A stretch of 64,000 nucleotides of DNA from NCBI RefSeq assembly GCF_006345805.1, contig NC_043001.1, forward strand, positions 66,402,001 through 66,466,000, given 5' to 3'. This document shows, in pieces, positions 25,420 through 37,905 of the stretch (position 1 is its first letter; every line of letters begins with the position of its first letter). The DNA comes from Octopus sinensis (taxonomy: Eukaryota). A program made the position numbers and the translations under genes. A model generated the notes under the pieces. The model did no database searches. It had not been told where the DNA came from and was given only the letters and a program-made list of their open reading frames with translations.

Positions 25420-25780
25420 TGAAGCTTACCAGCTTATATATTAAAATCCTATTCAGAACTGCAAGTATTCCAGAGAATATAAAATTGAGGACAAAAAGAG
25501 TAGAGATTTATTCATATCCAAAACTTTTTTAGCATTGGCTAAACATTTTCCAAAAGACAGTAAATATTATAGAATATTTAATAAACATACATTTAGAGTA
25601 GCCTTTTCTAATAGCAAAAATCTTGCACAAATTATAGCAGCACACAATGCTAGTAGATTAAACAGTTTCCATATAAACAATAAAAACAATAGTAACCAGA
25701 ATAAGAATTATAGATCAATAAATAGCAACAATGTCAACATGAACGAACAAACAATAAGTAATCCAACTAGATATTAGGAT
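25420..25780 (+). mobile_element. PLE linker fragment of the same family as 7191 and 52078, with Asn-rich extension
   Basis: AKHFPKDSKYYRIFNKHTFRVAFSNSKNLAQIIAAHN versus ANNFPRNSKYYSTVNSHKVRIAFSNTKNLAQIIASHN. Confidence 0.8.
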
Positions 25781-25971
25781 AGGGACTATGGTTTGACAAC
25801 CAATAAAATATCTCTTTTAAGCTTGAGTACTATGTAATTGGACCATTGTGGATAGCTGGCATCTATACCAAATTGTGAGATAATACAGTATGTTCCAGGA
25901 TAATTTATCTCTTTATACTCTATTCAAAGTGACTCTTGTTCTTTAACAAGCAAATAAGGTGGAGTACCAGA

Positions 25972-26130
25972 GAATGGAGAGAATTAATATCAAAACATCC
26001 TTTAAGGATATTCCAATGCCACCAAAGAAGGAATATATTAAAATCCTTATCTACAAACCAACTCTTTCATACACAGATTGAGATGGTGGGTATACTTCCA
26101 TGACAAAAAGTGGATGATTCTACCAATATC
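25972..26130 (+). mobile_element. PLE N-terminal fragment
   Basis: Translates INIKTSFKDIPMPPKKEYIKILIYK..FIHRLRWW, resembling the PLE ORF N-terminus (KNIPIP..Y...L..K...F..RMRW). Confidence 0.55.
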
Positions 26131-26188
26131 ACAACAGATGAACAGATGCAATAAACATGGAAGTACTAAAAGGCAACACAAAATATAA

Positions 26189-26510
26189 AGGTACTATAAC
26201 ATGAAAAGACTATGACAGGAAAGGGTTATAACAAGAAGGTACTATAACATGGAGGTACTAAGACAAGGAAGGATTATAATGTGGAAGAATTATAACATGA
26301 AGATACTATAATGTGGAAATACTATACAATGGCAGTACTATAACATGGGGGTACTATGACATGGAAGGACTTTTAACATAAAGTTACTATAACATGGAAG
26401 GATCACGACAGGGAAGGATTATAACATAGAGATACTAGAACATAAAAGGACTATGGTATGGAAGGACAATAACATGCAAGGAATATGACATGGGAGGTAG
26501 ACTAATATAA
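26189..26510. repeat. Degenerate 16-bp minisatellite (about 20 units, consensus near AAGGTACTATAACATG)
   Basis: Successive 16-mers can be phased by eye. Confidence 0.8.
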
Positions 26511-26848
26511 GGTAATAATTTCAGCACAAAATCCTAAAAATCTTTGTAATATACAGGCATGTGTGTATATATTCATACAGTGTTTTACTGGCTTCAATCA
26601 TTTAACTGTAGCCATGCTGTGTACTGAATATACGTATATAATTTATTTTTCTAAATAGGTACAGGCTTGGCTTTGTGGTAAGACATTTGCTTCCCAACCA
26701 CATGATGCAGGTTTAGTTCAACTATGTGGCACCTTGGGCAAGTGTCTTCTACTGACCAAAGGCTTGTGAGAGGATTTGTTCATTGAAAACTGAAATGAGC
26801 CCATCATGTGTGTGTATGTGTGTATGTGCGTGTGTGTGTGTGTGAGTA

Positions 26849-26896
<48 letters not shown>

Positions 26897-27899
26897 TGTG
26901 TGTGTGAGTGTATGTATTTGTGTCTCTGTTTGTCTCCTATAACTGCTTGACAACCAGTGTTGTTTTTACATCCCCTTAACTTAAAGGTTCAGCAAAGGAA
27001 ACTGACAGAATGAGTACCAGGCTTTAAAAAAATGTATTAGGGTCAATTAATTCAACTAAAAACTCTTCAAGGTGATACCCCAGCATAGCCACGGTCTAAT
27101 GACTGAAATAAGTAAAAGATATATAAGCAATAATTATAACGATAAAGAATATGGAGTTTGATATATCCTCAACATCTATTTCCTTTCATTTTACAATGTC
27201 AAACAATATTTTTATGATTACAATGACCTACACATGTTTTCATTGTCTTGTGAAGGTATAGGCTTGTGTTGAAGTTGTCTTCCCTTCATTGTTGGTCCTT
27301 ACTGTATTACCGTTCCCCATTATATTGTGTTTTATGTTGGTGTTAGTGTTCAAGTCTCTTCTGTTTGACTCAGTGAAATAGGTGAGCTTCCCTCTGAACC
27401 CTAACCAACAAACAACTAACTGAATTCAGTTTTCTTCAAGCCAAGCTGGTTGAAGACCCTGTACAAAGCTGTACAGAAAATTATGCACAGTTGCATGTGC
27501 AACTGCTCATACTCTGTGCAGTGGAAATGTGTAGGTCATCATAACCATAAAGATATGGTGTATGACATAGTAAATTAAAAGGAAATAAATTTTGAGGGTA
27601 TACCAATCTCCATATTCTTTATCATTATAATTATAGTTAATATACACTCAAGATATTGCCATCCAGTGAAGTCAACGTGGAATTACCCATTGGAGGAATT
27701 TACAGTATGAATGACAACTCCTACTAGTCATAGACATTAAAAACCAATTGATGCAGTTAGCGATAACCTGGAACATAACTGAGAGCTACCATGGTATCTG
27801 CCCAGATAATATATCCCTCCAAACTCACACACACACACATTATTTTTTTATCGTTTACAAATTTCAGACATAGGCTGAGGCCATGCTGGAACACTACCT

Positions 27900-28600
27900 G
27901 TGTTTAGGTTTCTTTTCTGTACTATTTCTGATGAAGGAGTAAGTTGGATGGAGCTGTTCCTGGTATCTTACATAAAAATTTGTCCAGATACTCTTTGAAG
28001 AACACACAGATCTCTGATGCTGTTTGGCAAAATGTGGAATAGTTGTGGACCCTTGCAACCCAAGCTATTACAATACTTGATCCTTATTCTAGAGGGAGAA
28101 GATGGGATCTTTGTGCTATGTAGTACTGTCCAGTTCAATGGTTGGTATAGCTTTCCATTCCCAAGTTGGGAGCTGGACATTCCAAGATCTTCCATATGTA
28201 TACCATGCATATCTTTCATGCCTTCTCTCTAGGAAGTAGAGCTTCAGTGCTTTAGCCTCTCCCACTAGCTCATCTGTTCCACTGAGACAATCTCTTTTGT
28301 GTAGTGACAGTGGATTACCTCAAGTTCCACCACCAGGTTGACTTTCTGTAGTGATCACAGGTGAGAACAGTAATCCAGATGAGTGAGAATGGAAGTTCTC
28401 CATAAAAGTAGCACGGTATCCTTTTGTAGTTTCTGAATGTTCTTAGAATCCATCCAGCTACTTGCCGGCAGTGATGCCATGTTGGTAATATGCACATAGA
28501 ATGTTGCATCATCACTCATGTGAATTTTCAGGTTGTCATGCACTGACTCTGATTCTAGGATTGCATTACCTCCTTGTCCTGTGTATTCCAACTGTAGTCT
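27900..28600 (-). mobile_element. CR1-group LINE RT C-terminal remnant
   Basis: HLDYCSHL and NSLGCKGPQLFHILPNSIRDL; similar in type to 60300-63590. Confidence 0.7.
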
Positions 28601-29211
28601 GTTTATGGGCCAATAGTGGAGTGTTTGAGATATCTCACCATTGAGTTATACACACACATACACACATATACCTACCTATCCACCACTAGACAAAATAACA
28701 TGAATCTTGGAAGGCCACACATGAAGTCTACGACTTATTTCTCCTTACTATATCAAATCCATTTTACTCAATTTTACTCCTCTCACACTAAGTCTTGCTC
28801 CTATTCTTCTTATGCTCTCTTCAATAAGAAAAATATACTGTACCTATTAGTAACTGACTCTTGTATGTATTGGCTCTCCTAAACATGTAGACCCTCTGAT
28901 GGAGCCCAGAGGCATGCTCAACATCCAAACTCTATCTACCCATCCCGACAGAACACTGAAGAGGTGGAGCTAGCATAGAGGATATCATGACCTCTTGACA
29001 GAAACGGCTGTAAGGAACTGATCTTTTACTCTTTTATGTATTACTAGTATATATTTGTGTAGCACATGGTCTACGCATGTGTTTGTATTCTTATAATACT
29101 CCCTTTTGTTTTGGAATAAATTGACATAATAGAATGTCTACTGACTGATGTATGTCATTTTTGTATCCCCCTCCATTTTCTTTTTGCTATATATATATAT
29201 ATATATATATA

Positions 29212-29242
<31 letters not shown>

Positions 29243-29250
29243 ATGTATAT

Positions 29251-29281
<31 letters not shown>

Positions 29282-29299
29282 TAAATATATATATATATA

Positions 29300-29334
<35 letters not shown>

Positions 29335-29363
29335 ATGTATACATACATATATATATATATATA

Positions 29364-29571
29364 TAAATTTAATCCAAACAAGAAAACATAAAAGCAAAAA
29401 ACACAACAACGCGAGGACGTGGAACAAATAAAGTATTATTGGACGCTCAGGAAAGAAGGGAAGAAGGAGGGTTTAACGTTTCGACCGGAGCTCTTCGTCG
29501 GAAACATAGGAGAAGGAAAGATCCCGAGAAGGGAGGACAGAAGAAAAAAATTGCCAGCGGTACTCACGAGG

Positions 29572-29575
<4 letters not shown>
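29364..29575 (-). mobile_element. PLE 3' tail/pseudo-LTR with hammerhead-like motif; terminal segment repeated inverted at 30472-30551 and seen again at 9837-9892
   Basis: Shared ttgttccacgtcct(c/t)gc(g/a)ttgttg...cttgtttggatt terminus next to (TA)n. Confidence 0.7.
29471..29505 (-). ncRNA. Minimal hammerhead-like motif, U4C variant
   Basis: gttt CCGACGA a-gag-ctccg-gtc GAAAC GTT aaac; palindromic AACGTT; stem II imperfect. Confidence 0.5.
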
Positions 29576-29613
<38 letters not shown>

Positions 29614-29811
29614 ATAGTAAATAGGGTAATAAAAATAAATTATTATTACCAGTGACCTAGCACAAAAGACGAATTAATCATTAGACTATATGTCATTCAT
29701 ATATAAATACATTAAAAGGCTTCCAAATAAAGAAGCGAGTGCTAGATACACAAAAAGGGGATAAATTCATGAAATGGAATGAAAATCAAAAACGTTTACC
29801 AACTCAGCTAA

Positions 29812-29886
29812 TCCTGTACTGCGGTTTCATCTTTTTTTTAGCAAATAAATAGAATTTATCTGCCAAGGCCAGAATCATCAGCAGGA
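29812..29886 (-). ncRNA. Type I hammerhead motif, long stem II
   Basis: tcctg CTGATGA ttct...(13-bp hairpin ttggcagataaat/atttatttgctaa)...agat GAAAC cgca GTA cagga. Confidence 0.7.
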
Positions 29887-30547
29887 AGCCTTTGTAATCC
29901 AAGATCTACATACCATTAGAAGCACGTGCAAATCTAACGATCTATATACCCTAACTTTTCAGACCAGTGCGCAGACGCAAATCATACCCGGCGACAGAGC
30001 GGATGCCGGTAAAAAATTTACGAGCAAATTTATCGAGCAATATTTAAACATAGTAAATAGGGTAATAAAAATAAATTATTATTACCAGTGACCTAGCACA
30101 AAAGACGAATTAGTCATTAGACTAATGCTAGGTCACTGGTAATAATAATTTATTTTTATTACCCTATTTACTATGTTTAAATATTGCTCGATAAATTTGC
30201 TTGTAAATTTTTTACCGGCATCCTCTCTTTTGATTTTCATTCTATTTCATGAATTTATCCTCTTTTTGTGTATCTAGCACTCACTTCTTTATTTGGAAGC
30301 CTTTAAAATGTATATGTATATATATATTTATATATACATATATATATGTATATATGTATATATATATATACATATAAATATATATATACATATATATACA
30401 TATATATATATACATATATATACACATATATATACATATATATATACACATATATATACACATATATATACATGAGCATCCAATAATACTATATTTGTTC
30501 CACGTCCTCGCGTTGTTGTGTTTTTTTGTGTTTTCTTGTTTGGATTA

Positions 30548-30605
<58 letters not shown>

Positions 30606-30616
30606 TTACTTGGAGG

Positions 30617-30649
<33 letters not shown>

Positions 30650-30652
<3 letters not shown>

Positions 30653-31425
30653 TCATACCCAATGACTGGTGTAGCAGCACCATAGGGGAAAAGTTATGCT
30701 TTAGATAGAAATAACTACAGGGGTATCAAATTATTGGATCAGGTGATGAAAGTTACAGAGAGGGTCCTAGCCCAACTAATTAGGGAGAGAGTTAGCCTAG
30801 ATGAAATGCAGTTTAGGCAGAAGCACTATTGATGCTATATTTCTGGTAAGGCAACTGCAGGAGAAATACCTAGCCAAAGATAAACCTTTGTACTTGGCTT
30901 TTGTTGAATTGGAGAAAGCCATTGACGAGGTCCATTGATCCCTTATCTGGTGGTCAATGCAGAAACTGGGGATAGACAAGTGGCTGGTAAGAGGTGTACT
31001 AGCTCTGTACAGGGATGCTGTCAGTAAGGGAGGGTGGGCAACAAGTATAGAGAAAAATTTCAAATAGAAGTTGGGGTTCATCAAGAATCAGTCCTCAGGC
31101 TCCTCTTATTCATTATAGCCCTCCAGGCAATAACAGAGGAATTCAAGACAAGCTGCCCCTAGGAGCTCCTCTATACTGATGACCATGCTCTAATAGCCGA
31201 ATCACTGACAGAACTAGAGATGAAGATTGGGTTTGGAAGCAAGGTCTAGAATCGAAGGGCCTTAGGGTTAACCTAGTTAAAACCAAAGTTTTAGTAAGTA
31301 GGAAGGCTATCAAACCACATTTCCCTTCAGGTAGATAGCCCTGCTTGATCTGTAGAAAAGGCATGGGTAGAAACTCCACACGATGTACCTGATGTAAGCT
31401 ATGGACATGTAGGAATACGACCGTA
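30650..31425 (+). mobile_element. RTE LINE RT fragment, decayed
   Basis: LAFVELEKA, VGVHQESVL, ELLYTDDH and GLRVNLVKTKV motifs. Confidence 0.85.
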
Positions 31426-31989
31426 TGTGAGGAGTTTGGTGACATAGGTCTTCTTTAGTACGCCACACGGTCACATCCCTAACAAAATAGGATAAGCCAT
31501 AATACCACTTATATAATACAGTGCCAACAGAATATAAATGAATGGCGACAAGCCGTTCCACTGTTTGAGAGAAGAGAAGATTTTATTAACAAGGTGTTAA
31601 AGTGAAAGTGTTGTGAGTGCTAGCAAGTGTTGTGTATGTGTGCATGCAACAAGTGTTTGTGTCTGTGTGTTCGTGTGTGTGACAGATACAAAGGTGAATG
31701 CGTATAACACAGAAATACAAAGCATAAGATGAAAGTCTCAGCATGGTGTTAAGATGGAATTTAGATTACCAGTTCATGCGTGAAGTACATGATATGCAAG
31801 AGTTCTATGCAAGATGTTGTGTCTTGAGGCGGAGACAGGTTGGGCGAATACGCTGTGCCGCAGTTGTAGCCTCAAAGCTGAGCTGGGTCTCGTAATATAG
31901 AATTCTTCAGATGGACTGTTTTACTTGGTGAAAGGTTCACTCCATCAGCGTGAGTTGAATCTGTGTAGTTGGTGTGTACATATGATAAT

Positions 31990-32350
31990 GATAATGATGA
32001 TGATATATTTATATATGCTGCAGCCCCCGTCGGTCATTACTGACCATGGGATTGCACCTAGAAAGTTACCTTCCCAGGCACAAGTCCAGGCAAGGTTGTT
32101 TATGGAAGACTAGCAGTTTCCCATGCATACCGGCCTCCCCTCTCCATGCCACCAATGTTATCCAAGGGAAAGGCAAAGGCTGATACAGCTTGGCACCTGT
32201 GATGTCACAACTCGTTTCTACAGCTGAGTGAACTGGAGCAACGGGAAATATAGTGTCTTGTTCAAGAACACAACACACAGACCAGTCTGGGATTCGAACT
32301 CACAACCTCACGATCGTAAGTTCAATGCTCTAACCACTGAGCCATGCACT
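31990..32350 (-). mobile_element. tRNA-derived SINE
   Basis: Minus-strand head tggctcagtggttagagc...gagttcgaatccc (A and B boxes). Confidence 0.75.
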
Positions 32351-32432
32351 TTACATATATATATATACACACATATATATATGAAATTAAAAAAGGAAAA
32401 TACGCACACATAGTTTTAATATTATTTTTAAT

Positions 32433-32467
32433 ATATCGACTGGTTTCGCTATCGCTATTCATGATAG
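32433..32467 (-). ncRNA. Minimal hammerhead-like motif with A3:U8 core
   Basis: ctatc ATGAATA gc gata gc GAAAC ca GTC gatat. Confidence 0.55.
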
Positions 32468-34227
32468 TATGTTTTACTTACTTGAATATATATTTTTTCT
32501 TAAGAAGAAATTTTGTCCATGTTGTGTGTGATACCATCTAGGTATCTCTTCTAATTTTCTCTTATGTAGAGGTAAAATGGGTAACCATATTTCTGAAGTG
32601 ATACTTCATATAAGGTGAATTCAAAATAACTCATTATTAGGTTTGCAAGAACAGGAGCTGCTTTCGTTCCCATCGCAATTCTGCATTTCTGACGATATGT
32701 GTCATCAAATAGGAAATAATTGTTCTGAAGTATAAATTTTAAGGATTCAATAATAAAGATTTGGTGTATGCGTTCCGGGAGGACTTTGGGGTACTTTTCC
32801 AACCAGAATTTAATTGCTTTTATTCCATAGTCATGGGGGATGTTGGCGTAAAGATTGATAACATTGGAAGAGATACCTAGATGACTGCTTTATCATCTGG
32901 AAGGAGAGCATCGACAAACTTTATGGATTTCAAAACAACACTAAATGACATAAATAGTAACATTCAATTCACAATGGAATATAACAAAGAACAACTCCCA
33001 TTTTTAAACATCATGATAAAAAAGTTAACAATGAAATCATAACTGACATTTATTATAAACCAACTGATTCAAAACAATATCTTCTCTTTAACTCATGCCA
33101 CCCAAAACACATCAAAATAAACATCCCTTTCAACTTAGCAAAAAGGATCTGCACAATAGTATCTGATAGAACAACTCAGGACCTTCGTCTTCAAGACCTC
33201 AAAACAACACTTACTGAAAGACAATAACCACCCTCACTTATCGACGAGGGAATTAAATGTGCCAAACAATTAGATACAAAAACACGAAGAACAAAAAACA
33301 TAACACCACACCTCAACTCAAAACATTACTATTTATATCAACACACAACCCCAGAAACAGTGAGGCATTCAACACTATTGTGCAAACTCTTCCTTTACTA
33401 ACTAGAGATCCAAAAATGAACGACATCCTGAAAACACACAAACTCATCAAATGCAAAAAGCAAGACAAATCGCTAAAGAGACTACTAACAAATGTGAAGC
33501 TTTACAAAATAACCACAAAACCAACTGTTGAAAAATGTGGACGCCCAAACTGTGGAACCTGTCCCAACCAGCTTGAAAGCCTGGACTTCCTTTTCAAACA
33601 AGGACAGAGGTTCATAATTAAAACTAGTTTCACTTGTGCCTCTGAGAACCTAATTTATGTAATAAGCTGCTCAGGTTGCGGACACCACTTTATTGGACAA
33701 ACACGTATGACCTTGAGAAAGAGAACCACTCTACATAAAGAGCAAATCCGTTTCCCGCAATACAAATTCCTCTCAGTGAACATATAGAAAAATGTGCAGG
33801 TAACATCAAACCAAATTTCACAGTCTTCCCTTTCTACCAGTGCAAAGACACAATCTCTCAACAAGAACGTTTAAATAAAGAAATTTTTTTCATTGAAAAA
33901 TACAAAACACATCTTGATATGCACGCATAGCCAACTTTTATCTTTTTACATATTTCAATTCACGATTACATCACTGAACATAAATCCCCTCACTAAACAA
34001 GGTTTTTGAAACTTTTCTCTGTCTGTACACATATATAATCCCCACCCATTACCGAAAGCTGAACAGTTATCTCCCCTACTCACAACAATAATAATAATAG
34101 AGATAACCAATTACCTCCCTTTATTTATCTACTTGTGAAGTCATTCACTAGTGAATTTCATCATCACACACATCATGGACAAAATTTCTTCTTAAGAAAA
34201 AATATATATTCAAATAAGTAAAACATA

Positions 34228-34262
34228 ATATCATGAATAGTGATAGCGAAACTGGTTGATAT
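34228..34262 (+). ncRNA. Minimal hammerhead-like motif with A3:U8 core (second copy)
   Basis: atatc ATGAATA gt gata gc GAAAC tg GTT gatat. Confidence 0.5.
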
Positions 34263-34403
34263 ATTAAAAATCATATTATAACTATGTAAGTGTGCATATT
34301 TTCCTTTTTTAATTTCTTATATACATTACAACTCACCACGTGGGGATAATTGAAATTCCTCTTTTCTGTTACTACTATATATATATATATATATCATCAT
34401 CAT

Positions 34404-34452
<49 letters not shown>

Positions 34453-34719
34453 TATATACATATATATACTCATATATATATACATATTCTTATTTTTATG
34501 TTATAGTTTACTGCACATTTAGACGTGCATATACATTGATATGCCTGTCTTTTTTCACTTTCGTCTCTCTCACTATTATTATTACTGTTATTTTTCCCTT
34601 TTACAACTTGCTTGTAAATATCTGATTTTCCCTATTACCCCTTTTGTATTCTCCCTTATTGTATCTTATTTTAATTTACTTTATTTTATTAAACCTTTTT
34701 GATATCCTTCCAAAAATTC

Positions 34720-34826
34720 TTCACACTGATGAGAATGGCAATACATAGATTTAATTATAATTACTATGATTATAATTTTTTTCTTGCATATTTGTATTGT
34801 CCTTTGAAACGACCATATGTACTGAA
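34720..34826 (+). ncRNA. Type I hammerhead motif, long stem II, damaged stem I
   Basis: ttcaca CTGATGA gaatggcaatac...gtattgtccttt GAAAC gaccatat GTA ctgaa. Confidence 0.55.
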
Positions 34827-35074
34827 TACTATTTTGTATTAAATCTAATTTTGATGCAACATCTTTTCCTCCTCCATTTTTCTATTTTTTTAAAAAGTCA
34901 ATTATGTCTATATACATACTTGTATGACATATTATGCTTTACATATATAATATATAGAATATAAAATATAAAAATACCAGTAATTATTAAAATATATAAT
35001 GTAGAGCAGAGAAAGTAGGATAAAGTCTGACAGCTGTTTCAGCCAAGAGGCCATAGTACCCTATTCTACTTTTA

Positions 35075-35138
<64 letters not shown>

Positions 35139-35139
<1 letters not shown>

Positions 35140-36398
35140 TGGGTTGTCCAGAAAGTTCGTGCCAATTTATAATAGCTTACCTTTCGACTTATTTTAGAAC
35201 ATGGTTGAGTCCATAAAATAAGATTTGACTATACCTCCACTTAGAGCACAGTTTAAGCTATCTTTTCGTGGAAGAAGGTTTATGTTCCTATAACCTGTGT
35301 TAATTCTGTAACCCTTTAAAATGGAAAATAAGAAAGTTCATTTTCGGCACTTGATGCTTTTCTTTTTCCGCAAAGGGAAAAAAGCCTCACAAGCAACCAA
35401 AGAAATATGCGCAGTTTACGGTGATATTTCTTTATCCGAAAGAACTGTACAGAAATGGTTCACAAGGTTCTGAGCTGGAGATTGTAGCCTTATTGATAAA
35501 GAGCGATCAGGCAGACCATCCACTACAGATGACAACCAAATCAAGTCATTAATTGAGATTAACCCACATTGCACAACCCGAGAATTGGCAGAAAGCCTCA
35601 ACCTATCAAAATTCGTCATTCATGAGCACCTGGTAAAGCTTGGGTACACAAATCACAATGATGTTTAGGTACCACATGAGTTGAGTGAGAATAACCTTTT
35701 GGATCACATTTCCATCTGGGATTCACTTTATAAACGGAATGAAAATGCATCTTTTTTTAAGCAAATTGTGACAGGTGATGAGAAATGGATTATCTACTGA
35801 AATGTTCAGAGGAATTGATCCTGGAGTAAGCAACATGAGCCACTCTTAGCCACCCCAAAAGTGGGTCTTCACCCTAAAAAAGTCTTGCTTTGTGTCTGGT
35901 GAGATTGGAAAGGAATTCTGTACTATGAGCTTCTACCAAGTAACCAGACAATTAATTCTGAGAAATACTGCACACAACTGAACAAGTTAAAAGTAGCAAT
36001 TCAAGAGAAATGTCCAGAATTGGCCAAAAGGAAGGGTGTTGTTTTCAAACATGATAATGCAAGACTGCATGTTTCTTTGGGAACCAGACAAATATTGCTG
36101 CAGCTCAGCTGGGATGTGTTACCCCAGCCTCCATATTCACCAGATATTGCTCCTTCGGATTTCACTTATTCAGGTCTCTGCAGAATAGTCTTAATGGCAA
36201 AAATTTCAATTCCTTGGATGACGTAAAAAGATACCTTGATGAATTCTTTGCCATAAAACCACCTCAAATCTGGAAAGAGGGTATATTAAAGTTAAAGGAA
36301 ACATGGTTCATATTTGGTTGATTAAAAATGTAATAGCAAGTATTTATTGACCTTTTGCTTTCCTTTAAAAATCAGCATGAACTGTCCAGACAACCCAA
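35139..36398 (+). mobile_element. Full-length mariner (DD34D) transposon, transposase pseudogene
   Basis: About 30-bp TIRs ttgggttgtcc.. / ..gacaacccaa in TA context; ATG at 35321; VPHEL, IVTGDEKW, HDNARLH and PPYSPDIAPSDF motifs; several stops. Confidence 0.93.
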
Positions 36399-36410
36399 TA
36401 TATATATTGG

Positions 36411-36727
36411 GTACCTATGATTTATATAATCTTACGTTATGTAACACTTAAATTGGAAAAGGGAAGCAAGTTGACATTCTGCTTCCATTAGAAAAATGAT
36501 GTAAAGATAACACATGTAGTTTTCTGCATTTATTCAACTAATATTTTATACTTTTTCAAATTTCAGAACACTCATAAGATAAGATGTGATTTCTTTTCAT
36601 TTTAAGAATGGCTGTACAATATGAACATGTCAATTTGATTCAAATATCTATGTGACAGAAAATTTTGGTCATTGCATCCACAGCCCCACAGCCAGAAAGA
36701 TCACCTGATATAAATATATATATATAA

Positions 36728-36779
<52 letters not shown>

Positions 36780-37855
36780 TGTCGGTGGCATGTAAAAGCA
36801 CCATCCGTTCGTGTCCGTTGCCAGCCTCGCCTGGCCCCGTGCCGGTGACACGTAAAAGCACCATCCGTTTCGTGGCCGTTTGCCAGCTCTGTCTGGCCCC
36901 CGTGTTGGTGGCACGTAAAAGCACCATCTGTTCGTGTCCGTTGCCAGCCTCGCCTGGCCCCTGCCGGTGACACGTAAAAGCACCATCCGTTTCATGGCCA
37001 TTTGCCAGCTCTGTCTGGCCCCCGTGTTGGTGGCACGTAAAAGCACCATCCGTTTGAGTCCGTTGCCAGCCTCGCCTGGCCCCGTGCCGGTGACACGTAA
37101 AAGCACCGTCCGTTCATGGCCGTTTGCCAGCTCTGTCTGGCACCTGTGCGGGTGGCACGTAAAAAGTACCCACTACACTCACGGAGTGGTTGGCGTTAGG
37201 AAGGGCATCCAGCCGTAGAAACACTGCCAGATCTGACTGGGCCTGATGAAGCCTTCCAGCTTCACAGACCCCAGTTGAACCGTCCAACCCATGCTAGCAT
37301 GGAGAACGGACGCTAAATGATGATGATGATGATGATGATGATGATATATATATATATATATATATGTGACAGAAATATATATATACCAAAATTTTCTGTC
37401 ACATATATATATCATCATCATCATCATCATCATCATCATTTAGCATCCGTTCTCCATGCTAGCATGGGTTGGACGGTTCAACTGGGGTCTGTGAAGCTGG
37501 AAGGCTTCATCAGGCCCAGTCAGATCTGGCAGTGTTTCTACGGCTGGATGCCCTTCCTAACGCCAACCACTCCGTGAGTGTAGTGGGTACTTTTTACGTG
37601 CCACCCGCACAGGTGCCAGACAGAGCTGGCAAACGGCCATGAACGGACGGTGCTTTTACGTGTCACCGGCACGGGGCCAGGCGAGGCTGGCAACAGACTC
37701 AAACGGATGGTGCTTTTACGTGCCACCAACACGGGGGCCAGACAGAGCTGGCAAATGGCCACGAAACGGATGGTGCTTTTACGTGTCACCGGCACGGGGG
37801 CCAGGCGAGGCTGGCAACGGACACGAACGGATGGTGCTTTTACATGCCACCGACA

Positions 37856-37905
<50 letters not shown>

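Larger units (their letters stand above)
32380..34317 (+). mobile_element. Penelope-like element with an inverted 5' RT segment and inverted terminal copies of its 3' tail
   Basis: Minus 32532-32860: LYANIPH, RQK..AMGTKAAP..ANL, RYLD. Plus 32863-33930: WKRYLDDCFI, YYKPTD, FTCASENLIYVISC..FIGQT. Inverted repeats 32380-32531 / 34162-34317. Confidence 0.9.

Noticed and set aside
28891-29016. cct CTGATGG...GAAAC ggct GTA agg
   Set aside because: Core A9 is missing and stem II is ambiguous; not supportable without family copies.
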